Assembly: GCA_963205305.1 (NCBI GenBank)
Contig: CAUJIC010000021.1
Coordinates: forward strand, 1,527-65,526
Direction of reading: 5' to 3'
Source: Pseudomonadota bacterium
GTDB lineage: Bacteria > Pseudomonadota > Alphaproteobacteria > Rickettsiales > UBA3002
Length of the DNA: 64,000 nt
Under the pieces are notes generated by a model. The model worked only from the letters and a program-made list of their open reading frames with translations, did not search any database and was not told the DNA's origin. The first letter of the stretch is position 1, and each line of letters opens with the position of its first letter. Positions 1 through 9,184 of this stretch are shown here, piece by piece. The position numbers were made by a program, and so were the translations under genes.

Positions 1-61
1 ATGCATGGCCTAGATAATAATAAAACAAACCACGAAACCACGGTTGCCCTCAGGAGGCTTT

Positions 62-799
62 ATGCGCGTACTACTCGTTGAAGATGATCCATCCACCGCC
101 AAAGCAATTGAACTATCCCTCGCCTCTGAAGGCATTATCTGTGACACGACCGAGTTGGGCGAAGAAGGCCTCGAAATCGGTAAGATGTACGATTACGATA
201 TTATTATCCTCGATTTGATGCTGCCTGATATTGATGGGTATGAGGTGCTGCGCCGCTTCCGCGCTGCTAAAATCAACACCCCTATCCTTATTCTCTCGGG
301 TCTTTCGGGCCCCGACCAGAAAATTAAGGGCTTGGGCTATGGCGCCGATGATTACCTCACCAAGCCATTCAACAAAGGCGAGCTGATTGCACGTATTCAA
401 GCCATCGTTCGTCGTAGCAAAGGCCACAGCGAATCCATCATCCGTACGGGCAAACTGATGGTGAACCTCGATACCCGCGCGGTGGAAGTCGACAGCAAAC
501 CGCTACACCTGACCAGCAAAGAATATGGCATCATCGAGCTGCTTTCGCTGCGTAAGGGGTCGACGCTGACCAAAGAGATGTTCCTCAACCACCTCTATGG
601 CGGGATTGACGAACCAGAACTTAAAATCATCGACGTGTTCGTGTGCAAGCTGCGTAAGAAGCTGCAAGATGCTTCGGGCGGCGACAACTACATCGAAACC
701 GTTTGGGGTCGTGGCTACGTGCTGAAAGAACTAGATGCACCGCTGGAGATGTCATCAAAGGAAGCTAAGCGCCGTAAGGTGGCGGAAACGGCTGAGTAG
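62..799 (+). CDS. ctrA: Cell-cycle response regulator CtrA (OmpR family)
   Basis: ORF 44-799. ATG at 62 follows AGGAGG. Receiver domain ([22 protein letters not shown]) plus a winged helix carrying CtrA-typical strings [33 protein letters not shown] and [11 protein letters not shown]. Confidence 0.92.
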   Translation: MRVLLVEDDPSTAKAIELSLASEGIICDTTELGEEGLEIGKMYDYDIIILDLMLPDIDGYEVLRRFRAAKINTPILILSGLSGPDQKIKGLGYGADDYLTKPFNKGELIARIQAIVRRSKGHSESIIRTGKLMVNLDTRAVEVDSKPLHLTSKEYGIIELLSLRKGSTLTKEMFLNHLYGGIDEPELKIIDVFVCKLRKKLQDASGGDNYIETVWGRGYVLKELDAPLEMSSKEAKRRKVAETAE

Positions 800-838
800 T
801 ACAAACGCTAACCTTAATTAATATGAATTAATGTTAAA

Positions 839-873
839 AGTCTGGTGGTTATCCACCAGACTTTTTCTTTTTT
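839..873 (+). terminator. Rho-independent terminator after ctrA
   Basis: Perfect 10-bp stem AGTCTGGTGG / CCACCAGACT with loop TTAT, followed by TTTTTCTTTTTT. Confidence 0.85.
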
Positions 874-960
874 GGTTGCATTGCGATAGGTTGTACACGT
901 ATAGTCAGGCACACGCGCTATACATATTGTTGTGCAGCGCAACATAGTGTGGAGCTGTAG

Positions 961-1443
961 ATGTCTACCCCAGAAAAATCACCCGATACTTCCCCAGTCA
1001 TTATCTATGACGTCAAAAACAGTATTCGGCTGGAGCTTGGCGAGGGAACTACACTTTCGGAATTTATTACCCCAGAGAAAATTGCCGCCTGCAATGCGCT
1101 GGTCGAGCAAGCCGCGAATGATTTCTTTACTGAAGCATTAGATGATCTAGAGAAACTTGAAACCTTATCGCAGCAGAAAGCCGCGAACTCCTCGATTGAA
1201 CAGCTCAGGACATCTATCTACACTATCAAATCCTTCGCTAAGGTGCTTGGGTTCACTTTAATTACCGAGACCTGCGTCCATTGCCTCGCCGCCATCGACA
1301 ACAACAGCTTACCCGAGAAAAAGAAACGTGCACTGTTGGGGGAACTCGTCAAAATATTGCGCGTGGCCTTTAATCACCGTATCCGCGATGATGGCGGCGC
1401 CATGGGCAATGCTATGCTGGACAGTTTACGCACCCTGCGCTAG
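961..1443 (+). CDS. Hypothetical protein, degenerate HPt-like helical protein
   Basis: 160-aa ORF. Segment LRTSIYTIKSFAKVLGFTLITETCVHCLAAI resembles the HPt helix (aHxLKGsaxxlGa...c..LE), but Tyr/Thr sits where the phospho-His is expected. Its stop overlaps the cheR stop in a CTAG palindrome. Confidence 0.6.
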   Translation: MSTPEKSPDTSPVIIYDVKNSIRLELGEGTTLSEFITPEKIAACNALVEQAANDFFTEALDDLEKLETLSQQKAANSSIEQLRTSIYTIKSFAKVLGFTLITETCVHCLAAIDNNSLPEKKKRALLGELVKILRVAFNHRIRDDGGAMGNAMLDSLRTLR

Positions 1444-2258
1444 GCGAGCGTGAACATCCCACGATGCTCTTCCATCACCTTAAACTTATCGCATAACGCA
1501 TTCGTGGTTTCGGAAGTGCCAAGGAACAAATAGCCAGGCGCATTCATGCACGCGGCAAGGCGGTTCATGACATCCGACTTTGTTTTCTCGTCAAAATAGA
1601 TCAGCACATTACGGCAGAAAATAATATCAAACTTACCAGCCGCCGCGAACGGCATCAGCAAATTGCCCGTGCTGAATTTAGCCATCGCCTTTATGGCATC
1701 ATTGATTTCCCAATTATTATTAGCGCGTTGCGTAAAATACTTCATCAGCATGGTGATAGGCAATCCGCGCTGAATTTCAAATTGGCTATAGATACCTGCA
1801 CGCGCGCGCTCTAAAACCTTCTCTGCTAAATCAGTTCCAACAATCTCGAACTTCATGTTCGGATATTTGAGCGACTCCTCTTTCAGCGTCATCGCTATCG
1901 AATAGGCTTCCTGACCCGTGGAACATGCAGCCGACCAAATACGCACCGAGGTGGCGCCGCGCTCCTTTAGTGCGGGAAGTATGACTTTCGATAATTGCTC
2001 AAAGGGCTTGGAGTCCCTAAAAAACATCGACTCATTCGTCGTCATCGATTCAATGACTTGATAGGCAAGCGGCGCGCTAGGGTTGGCGCGTAGCTTTGCT
2101 ACCAACTCACGCAAATCAGCCAAGCCATTTGCCTTCGCTATCGGCGTCAGTCTTGTGTCGAGCAGGTAGCCTTTGTCGGGCGTCAATGCCAAACCAGATC
2201 GCTGCTTAAGCAAATCCGCAAGGAATTGGAATTCATCGGGGGCAAGGGCAGCGGACAT
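1440..2258 (-). CDS. cheR: Chemotaxis protein methyltransferase CheR
   Basis: 272 aa. N-terminal CheR helical domain (FQFLADLLKQRSGL), ESMTTNESMFFRD, SAM-binding RIWSAACSTGQEAYS and FCRNVLIYFD. Confidence 0.9.
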   Translation of the reverse strand: MSAALAPDEFQFLADLLKQRSGLALTPDKGYLLDTRLTPIAKANGLADLRELVAKLRANPSAPLAYQVIESMTTNESMFFRDSKPFEQLSKVILPALKERGATSVRIWSAACSTGQEAYSIAMTLKEESLKYPNMKFEIVGTDLAEKVLERARAGIYSQFEIQRGLPITMLMKYFTQRANNNWEINDAIKAMAKFSTGNLLMPFAAAGKFDIIFCRNVLIYFDEKTKSDVMNRLAACMNAPGYLFLGTSETTNALCDKFKVMEEHRGMFTLA

Positions 2259-2259
2259 A

Positions 2260-3348
2260 TCAGTTCACCCCCTTCATCAAAAAGGGGGCTATCTGTGGTA
2301 GTGGAAAAATAGCGCTCGTTAGCTTTGCATCTGCCACCGCTTTAGGCATGCCATAGACCACCGAAGTTGCTTCGTCCTGTGCCACGACGATGCCACCCCG
2401 TGCCACAACTTCCGCTGCCCCACGAGCACCATCCGCACCCAAGCCTGTCAACACCGCAACCAGCAGCTTATCGCCATACACCTTTGCAAGACTGCGAAGC
2501 ATTGGGTCAGCCGATGGCCGGCAGAAATTTTCCTGCGGGTTTTGGTTCAGCTCCAGCAACAATTCCGTACCCTCGCGCTTCACCGTCATATGAAAATCAC
2601 CTGGCGCAAGGTAGATCACCCCCGCTTTCACCACTTCGTGATGCTTAGCTTCATGGCAATCCATACCGCTGACTTTAGAAATATGCTCCGCCAAGGTGGT
2701 GGTGAAGTTGGCGGGCATGTGCTGGGTGATGAAAATAGGTGTCCGCAATTTCATGCCACTAAACTCACGAAAAACAGTCAGCAACGCGTTGGGCCCCCCC
2801 GTGGAGGAAGCAATCGCGAGCGCCTCCATCCGCGGTGGCTGCACCAGTTGGCGGATGGCCGACGTGTTAATGCTAATGGGTGATGGCAACGATGAGGCAA
2901 CGGGCGCAACCGTGCGCGCTATATCGGCAGGCACTTCAGTGCCCTTAGGTGCCAATGCATGAATTTTGCGAATCAGCAGTGCGTAAAAGTCCTCAACTTC
3001 GTGGGCATCTTTCGAGCTAGGTTTCGAAATATAATCGGCAGCCCCCAGTTGCATCGCTTTCAGGCTAGCTTCTGCATTGCGTGTGGTAAGCGTGGAGGAC
3101 ATAATCACCCGTGACTTGGGTGCCATCTTAAGTATCTCGGGCAATGCCGTTAGCCCATCCATCACGGGCATTTCGATATCCAAAATAATAACATCGGCGG
3201 CAGTGCTTTTAAGCATATTCAAGGCAATTTCACCGTTCGATGCCGAAGATACAATCTCAATCGATGCATCTGGTCTCAAGGCGCGATCATACAATCCACG
3301 AATTACCGCGGAATCATCCACCAGCATGACACGAATTTTTTGGGCCAT
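2260..3348 (-). CDS. cheB: Protein-glutamate methylesterase CheB (receiver + esterase)
   Basis: 362 aa. Receiver IRVMLVDDS...DIEMPVMDG, then esterase motifs IASSTGGP, ITQHMP and LTGLGADG. Confidence 0.9.
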   Translation of the reverse strand: MAQKIRVMLVDDSAVIRGLYDRALRPDASIEIVSSASNGEIALNMLKSTAADVIILDIEMPVMDGLTALPEILKMAPKSRVIMSSTLTTRNAEASLKAMQLGAADYISKPSSKDAHEVEDFYALLIRKIHALAPKGTEVPADIARTVAPVASSLPSPISINTSAIRQLVQPPRMEALAIASSTGGPNALLTVFREFSGMKLRTPIFITQHMPANFTTTLAEHISKVSGMDCHEAKHHEVVKAGVIYLAPGDFHMTVKREGTELLLELNQNPQENFCRPSADPMLRSLAKVYGDKLLVAVLTGLGADGARGAAEVVARGGIVVAQDEATSVVYGMPKAVADAKLTSAIFPLPQIAPFLMKGVN

Positions 3349-3726
3349 TTAGTGAGCCTCGTCGATAATGCCAAGCTGAACCATTTTTCCAGCAATAATG
3401 GTCTCATCGAACGGCTTCATGACATATTCATCCGCACCATTCATAATGGCCATCTGAATTTTACTGAACTCGTTCTCCGTCGTGCAGAAAATGATTTTTG
3501 GTTGGTGAATCGTTGCATCCGCACGAATTTCCTTCATGCACTCCATGCCATCCATCACGGGCATGTTCCAGTCGAGGATAATCACATCGACTGTGTTGGC
3601 GCGGGTTTGGTCTACCGCCTCGCGGCCATTTTCGGCCTCAAGTATGTTAAACCCCAGCGGCTCCACAATCCGACGCACCACTTTACGAACAATTTTTGAG
3701 TCATCAACAATCAAGCACGTCTTCAT
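3349..3726 (-). CDS. cheY: Single-domain response regulator CheY
   Basis: 125 aa. Motifs CLIVDDS, ILDWNMPVMDG and YVMKPF. Abuts the cheB start and overlaps the cheW stop. Confidence 0.85.
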   Translation of the reverse strand: MKTCLIVDDSKIVRKVVRRIVEPLGFNILEAENGREAVDQTRANTVDVIILDWNMPVMDGMECMKEIRADATIHQPKIIFCTTENEFSKIQMAIMNGADEYVMKPFDETIIAGKMVQLGIIDEAH

Positions 3727-4217
3727 GCTGCATCCTTACCAATCAGTGGAATTACGTTTCCAACATCTAAAATCACCAGTAATTCTTTCTCTAATTTAAA
3801 AATACCCGCCGACATACCGCGCCACACGGCTTCCATATTGGCGGGCACTTTCTCGAATTTATCCATTGTCAGTGACATAACATCACCCACCGCATCGACC
3901 ATCAACGCATAGAGTTCGTGACGCACTTCAACGACCACTTTCATCACTTTATCGCGCTCAGGGTAACCATCCATCCCCAAACGACAGCGCATATCAAATG
4001 CCGTCACAATGCGACCACGCAAATTAAGCGACCCTGCAATCATAGGCGAGGCAAGTGGTACTGGCGCAATCGGCTGGCAGCGCATCACGTCGCGCACAGC
4101 AAGCACTGAAATACCAAAAAGCTGCTGCCCAATACGCATGGTCACGAATTCCTGACGCGCACTGCTGGTGGTGCCTGCAGGCAATGAGGACGTCAATGTA
4201 GTGAGTTCGCCCGACAT
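3723..4217 (-). CDS. cheW: Chemotaxis coupling protein CheW
   Basis: 164 aa. CheW-like domain (FVTMRIGQQLFGISVLAVRDV, GSLNLRGRIVTAFDMR). Overlaps neighbouring genes by 1-4 nt. Confidence 0.85.
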   Translation of the reverse strand: MSGELTTLTSSLPAGTTSSARQEFVTMRIGQQLFGISVLAVRDVMRCQPIAPVPLASPMIAGSLNLRGRIVTAFDMRCRLGMDGYPERDKVMKVVVEVRHELYALMVDAVGDVMSLTMDKFEKVPANMEAVWRGMSAGIFKLEKELLVILDVGNVIPLIGKDAA

Positions 4218-6988
4218 TATGCCACCTCCGCTACACCGTTAAGTTGCTGCGCCATCGCAAGAACCAGAGCCTCACGATCCGTTTTTAGAATAATATCGTT
4301 CATACCCACCTTGAGTGCGCGTTGCTGGAAGATATCGTTCACGGTGGAGGTAAACGCTAGAATAGGAACCGCCGCCAGCCGCGAATCTAGACGTAACTGC
4401 GATGCTAACTCAAACCCATCCATCTCTGGCATTTCAATATCGGTCACCACCAAATCGAACGCAGCTTTATGTGCATCAATCAGCTTCAGCGCCTCATTAC
4501 CATCCGCCGCCTCGGTCACAATATAACCAGAATCCCTTAAGAATGGCACAATCAACTTGCGGAAGAAGACACTATCCTCGACCAGCAGCACACGCACACC
4601 TGAAACCTTGGCCGCTGTTGTGCTGAAACGATCCAAATCACTCACTAAATCCTTCAGCAGATAGCCCACATCCACCACATCGGTCGTTTTACCGAGCAAC
4701 AGGATACTACCGAGGAAGTGCTCTTCTGAGGAAGCCAGCTTAATATCGAGCGGCGCCTCGACAATATCGGTGATGGAGTCGACAACTAGGCCAATCGTGC
4801 GGTTATCATACGTGAACACCACCACGTCGAATTCACCCTCGGTCGGCATCGTAACGCCAGGCAGCGTCTTGAGGCGCATCAATTCATCGCGGTATTGCAC
4901 CACATGGTCGCTACCAGATAACTCAACCGCACTCGATTGTACCACCTCAAGCCGCGAAACCAGCTCCAGCGGCACCGCTTTGGGCGCACCCTCACCTGCA
5001 CGGAAGACCAAAAAGCTAGCAATTTTCTCTTGTTGTTGCGTAGCGCCCGCAAGCAATGGCTCCTCTTTGCCTGCAGCCTCGCGGCCACCGAAGCATTTCA
5101 ACACGCCATTCGGATCCAAAATCATGATGACGTTACCATCACCCAAAATGGTATTGCCTGAGTAAATATCGAGGCCGCTGAGTACAGTGCTCACCGGCTT
5201 CACCACGATTTCCTCAGTGTCGTAAATCTTATCGAGCACGAGGCCGAAATCCGTAGCGCCCACGCGCAACACAGCGACATAGGAATTGGGCACATCGCTC
5301 TCATCCGTACGCGACATATCCGTTTGTTCTGGCAGTTTTAATATATCATTCAACTGAATCAGCGGCAGCAGTTTATCGCGCAGGCGCAGCACCGAAGATT
5401 GATTGATCACCTCAAGCTTATAGGGCGACTCCTCGCCCACGCGCACCAACTCCACTACATTCAGCTGTGGCAGCGCAAAGCGCTGACCACGAGATTCAAC
5501 CAACAGCACTGAAACGATGGCCAAGGTCAGCGGAATTTTGATGTGGAATGTGGAGCCTTTATTTTTGGCAGAGGAAAGCGATACCGTGCCACCGATTTTC
5601 TCGATGTTGGTACGCACCACATCCATGCCTACGCCGCGACCCGAAACACTGGTCACCTTCTCGGCAGTGCTGAAGCCCGCCTTGAACACATACTGCATGA
5701 TTTGATCATCCGACATGTTCTCAATTTCAGCATCGGTCGCCAAATCTTTTTCGACGATTTTTTGTTTGATGCGATCAATATTCAGCCCGCGCCCATCATC
5801 CTTAATCTCGATGATAATGTGCCCGCCCTCGTGGAACGCGGAAAGTGTGACGGTGCCCACCTCACCCTTACCATTCGCCAAGCGGTCGGCAGGCGTTTCA
5901 AGCCCATGGTCGCAGGAGTTACGCACCATGTGGGTGAGCGGATCCTTGATCATTTCGAGCAATTGGCGATCAAGCTCGGTGGCTTCGCCGATCATTTTCA
6001 GCTCAATTTTTTTATGCAACTCCATCGAGAGGTCGCGGATGAGGCGTGGGAATTTCGACCACGCATTGCCAATCGGTTGCATGCGCGTTTTCATCACGCT
6101 TTCTTGCAATTCCGAGGTGATTTGTGAGAGTTGCTGCAGCGGCGCTTTCAGCTCGCGATCATCACGGTGGCGCACCACTTGCAGTAATTGGTTTCGGGTT
6201 AGCACCAACTCGCCCACCATCTGCATTAAATTTTCAAGTACATCGAGGCTCACGCGGATGCTTTGGCTAGCTGCGCCGCCACCTTCTTTGGCGTCCGTAT
6301 CCAAGCCTTGCTTGATTGCCTTCTCTTTCGCTTGCTCCGAAATAGGGGGTTTCGCAGCTGCAGGTGCGGGCGTAGGCGCTACAGGCGTTTCGTCGGGCAC
6401 TAAATACGTATCAGGGGCTTTGGTAAAATCCTCGCCACCTTCAAGCGTCGATACAGCACTGGCAAACGCTCGCTCCAACTCGTCCATCGCATCGGCCGAG
6501 GTCGAGGAAACAATCTTCATTTCCGCAGGCGAAAACATACCATCCAGACGAGGCTCTTCGAATTTTTGAGGCTCTGGTGCAGCAGCAGCGGGGGCTGAAA
6601 CCACCGTACCGTTCGAATCAGCAAAGGCGTTGAGGCGGCGGATGAGGTCTTTGTCCTCGCCATCAGGCTCGCTGCCGTTCTCGGCCAAATGCTCAATCAG
6701 ACCCTTAATGCGGTCAATCGCCTCGAGCACGAGCGAAATCGCTTCAGGCGTAACCACAATTTCGCCATCACGGATTTTACCAAGCACGTTTTCGCCCGCA
6801 TGCGCGACCGATTCAAGCCGTGGCAGCCCCAAAAACCCGCAGGTGCCCTTGATTGTGTGAACGAGGCGGAAAATATTACCCAAAATACCTTGGTCATTGG
6901 GGTTTTGTTCGAGTTTTACCAACTCTAGATCTAAAACGGCTAAGGATTCCGATGTTTCCGTGATGAATTCACCAATGAGATCATCCAT
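4217..6988 (-). CDS. cheA: Chemotaxis histidine kinase CheA fused to a C-terminal receiver domain
   Basis: 923 aa. HPt (FRLVHTIKGTCGFLG), dimerisation region, HATPase (HMVRNSCDHG, IKDDGRGL, SGRGVGMDVV) and a CheW-like domain. A terminal receiver follows (RVLLVEDS...DIEMPEMDG...). Confidence 0.9.
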   Translation of the reverse strand: MDDLIGEFITETSESLAVLDLELVKLEQNPNDQGILGNIFRLVHTIKGTCGFLGLPRLESVAHAGENVLGKIRDGEIVVTPEAISLVLEAIDRIKGLIEHLAENGSEPDGEDKDLIRRLNAFADSNGTVVSAPAAAAPEPQKFEEPRLDGMFSPAEMKIVSSTSADAMDELERAFASAVSTLEGGEDFTKAPDTYLVPDETPVAPTPAPAAAKPPISEQAKEKAIKQGLDTDAKEGGGAASQSIRVSLDVLENLMQMVGELVLTRNQLLQVVRHRDDRELKAPLQQLSQITSELQESVMKTRMQPIGNAWSKFPRLIRDLSMELHKKIELKMIGEATELDRQLLEMIKDPLTHMVRNSCDHGLETPADRLANGKGEVGTVTLSAFHEGGHIIIEIKDDGRGLNIDRIKQKIVEKDLATDAEIENMSDDQIMQYVFKAGFSTAEKVTSVSGRGVGMDVVRTNIEKIGGTVSLSSAKNKGSTFHIKIPLTLAIVSVLLVESRGQRFALPQLNVVELVRVGEESPYKLEVINQSSVLRLRDKLLPLIQLNDILKLPEQTDMSRTDESDVPNSYVAVLRVGATDFGLVLDKIYDTEEIVVKPVSTVLSGLDIYSGNTILGDGNVIMILDPNGVLKCFGGREAAGKEEPLLAGATQQQEKIASFLVFRAGEGAPKAVPLELVSRLEVVQSSAVELSGSDHVVQYRDELMRLKTLPGVTMPTEGEFDVVVFTYDNRTIGLVVDSITDIVEAPLDIKLASSEEHFLGSILLLGKTTDVVDVGYLLKDLVSDLDRFSTTAAKVSGVRVLLVEDSVFFRKLIVPFLRDSGYIVTEAADGNEALKLIDAHKAAFDLVVTDIEMPEMDGFELASQLRLDSRLAAVPILAFTSTVNDIFQQRALKVGMNDIILKTDREALVLAMAQQLNGVAEVA

Positions 6989-7066
6989 AATACGTGTTCC
7001 CTGTGCGTAGGAAGTGAGCAGCCCATTTAGGCATATTTTTATATCTTCATCTTACACGCTCAGGAT

Positions 7067-7100
7067 GAAATGAAAAGCGTGAACGCGCAACCATTCACGC
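7067..7100 (-). terminator. Putative terminator after chpT
   Basis: Stem GCGTGAA / TTCACGC (7077-7100) with a 10-nt loop. On the minus strand it is followed by TTTTCATTTC. Confidence 0.5.
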
Positions 7101-7145
7101 GAATTTCGTTTTTTTAGAGAAACTGGTAACGAGTGTTGCAGCAAA

Positions 7146-7808
7146 CTAAGAAGCGTTAGCTAGCGCCATCTGCGGCTGGGTTACGCGAATGGCAAACACA
7201 TCACTATCGAGCACGAAGGTAACATTGGCGTTCAATTCCTCGGCCAGTTTCATGGCAAGGTAGGGTTGCGCCGATTTTGGCGTCAGCGCCACCGTTTCCG
7301 ATTTGTTCAAAATCGCCGCCGTGTCGGTATCTAGCTTGATGGTATCGCCTGTCACCTTAATATCGATTTGCTTCTCGCCCACATCCGACTCAGCAATACG
7401 CACCGATAATTCGCCGCCGCGAATGGCACTCGCCCCCGCAATCACGAACAAATTAAGAATCAGGCGCGACATTTTTTGGCTGATAGCAACACCCGACGCA
7501 TCGGTATGGCTATCGGGCCAATCGACTTTCACCTTTGTGCCCGAGAAAAAATCCATGGTGATTTTCTTTTTCTCGGAAAGCGATGCCTCGCCCGATTCAC
7601 CCACGCGGCCATAGGCTTGGCGGTAGAACTGCAAACGGTTCACGGCCTCGTGTGCGCTGCTCAAAATCAGCTGCACCGCTTCGTTTTGCATGTCGAAGCC
7701 TTCCTCGTCGAGGAATTCGGCACCATTATTGACTGCGCCGATTGGCCCCGTCAAATCATGGCACAGGCGCGTGGCGATCATTTCCGCCAGTTTGGTGTCG
7801 TGGTTCAT
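7146..7808 (-). CDS. chpT: Histidine phosphotransferase ChpT
   Basis: 220 aa. N-terminal LATRLCHDLTGPIGAVNNGAEFLDEEG matches the ChpT (DUF2328) phospho-His helix. The C-terminus is a degenerate HATPase-like fold. Confidence 0.8.
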   Translation of the reverse strand: MNHDTKLAEMIATRLCHDLTGPIGAVNNGAEFLDEEGFDMQNEAVQLILSSAHEAVNRLQFYRQAYGRVGESGEASLSEKKKITMDFFSGTKVKVDWPDSHTDASGVAISQKMSRLILNLFVIAGASAIRGGELSVRIAESDVGEKQIDIKVTGDTIKLDTDTAAILNKSETVALTPKSAQPYLAMKLAEELNANVTFVLDSDVFAIRVTQPQMALANAS

Positions 7809-7906
7809 ATACTTACTCCAAGTGCGCTAACGCACGGTCAACCCTACCAGTATAGCAGGTTCGCAATGCCAACACTACACCCCAACTCTAAACAAATCGT
7901 TAAGTC

Positions 7907-8488
7907 TTAGTGATTATTTGGGAATAATTGCGCCTCGATGAGGCTGGCCAAGGCGTGCATGGCCACCATATGGGCTTCCTGCACGTGCGCGGTGATAAGC
8001 GACGGAGCAATAAACACAAAATCTGCCTTTGGCACCTCGCCTAGCTTCACCTTTTCACCCGTAAAAAGTACGGTTTTAATGCCTTTTTGCGCCGCGGCAC
8101 CCAGTGCGCGCACCACATTGGGGCTACGACCCGAGGTGGAGAGGGTAATCAGCACATCGCCGCTATTGCCAAGCGCTTCCACTTGGCGGGCGAAGATGTA
8201 ATCGTAGGCATAGTCATTCGCGATGGCGGTGATGATGCCTGTATCCGCGCTCAAGGCAATAGCTGGCAGGGCGCGGCGGTCGTTCACATAACGGCCCACA
8301 AACTCACCCGCGATATGCATCGCATCGCACGCGCTGCCGCCGTTGCCACAAAACAACAGCTTATTGTTTTTTTCGATAGCAGCCGCACACAGCGCCGCCA
8401 GCGCCACTAGTTGCTCGCCCGATTGTTCGAGGAAGCCATCCACCGCCGCGCGGTGGTTATCGGCGATGGTTTTTAGCATGGGGTTCAC
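7907..8488 (-). CDS. gmhA: SIS-domain D-sedoheptulose-7-phosphate isomerase
   Basis: 193 aa. Motifs [36 protein letters not shown] and [12 protein letters not shown]. Confidence 0.8.
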   Translation of the reverse strand: MNPMLKTIADNHRAAVDGFLEQSGEQLVALAALCAAAIEKNNKLLFCGNGGSACDAMHIAGEFVGRYVNDRRALPAIALSADTGIITAIANDYAYDYIFARQVEALGNSGDVLITLSTSGRSPNVVRALGAAAQKGIKTVLFTGEKVKLGEVPKADFVFIAPSLITAHVQEAHMVAMHALASLIEAQLFPNNH

Positions 8489-9141
8489 AGGCGCAACCCT
8501 GCAATGTTGCTGGCATAATCCGCTGCATTGCCCGTGAAGACGGCACTACCTGCCACCAGTACATCCGCGCCTGCAGCAATCACCTGCGGTGCGGTCTCAC
8601 GGTTGATGCCACCATCCACCTGCAGCATAATCTCGCGGCGCGAGGCCGTAATCATCGCCCGCAGCGATTGAATTTTACGCAACTGGCTCGGGATGAAGCT
8701 CTGCCCGCCAAACCCAGGGTTCACCGTCATCACTAAAATCAAATCCACCTGCTTCATCACATATTCCAGCACCGATTCGTGCGTGCTGGGGCAAACGGAA
8801 ACACCTGCTTTAATGCCGAGCGATTTAATTTGCGAAACAGCGCGGTCAAGGTGCGGCGTCGCCTCGGCATGGATGGTAATAATATCCGCACCCGCCTTGG
8901 CAAATTCAGGAATCAGGTCGAGGCACGAAATCATCAGATGCACATCGAGCGGCAATTTGGTGTGGGGTTTAAGCGCCTTCACCACCGCAGGACCAATGGT
9001 CAGGTTCGGCACAAAATGCCCGTCCATCACATCCACATGGATCATATCCGCACCCGCTTTGCTCACGGCGGCAATTTCCTCGCCCAAGCGCGCAAAATCG
9101 GCGGAGAGAATGGAAGGAGCAATCTGGATTTTGTTGGTCAT
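8485..9141 (-). CDS. rpe: Ribulose-phosphate 3-epimerase
   Basis: 218 aa. Motifs [45 protein letters not shown] and VDGGIN. Confidence 0.92.
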   Translation of the reverse strand: MTNKIQIAPSILSADFARLGEEIAAVSKAGADMIHVDVMDGHFVPNLTIGPAVVKALKPHTKLPLDVHLMISCLDLIPEFAKAGADIITIHAEATPHLDRAVSQIKSLGIKAGVSVCPSTHESVLEYVMKQVDLILVMTVNPGFGGQSFIPSQLRKIQSLRAMITASRREIMLQVDGGINRETAPQVIAAGADVLVAGSAVFTGNAADYASNIAGLRL

Positions 9142-9184
9142 GAGGGAGTGATTAGCAGTGGCGCTAGCTTACGACAATCACAAA

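Noticed and set aside
814-837. Cluster of four TTAA tetramers after ctrA, a possible CtrA autoregulatory box
   Set aside because: Spacings between the TTAA pairs are 6, 10, 12 and 16 nt, never the required 7. The site also lies downstream of the gene.
5543-6569. 194-aa and 284-aa + strand ORFs
   Set aside because: Both are antisense to cheA and have no motifs or start context.
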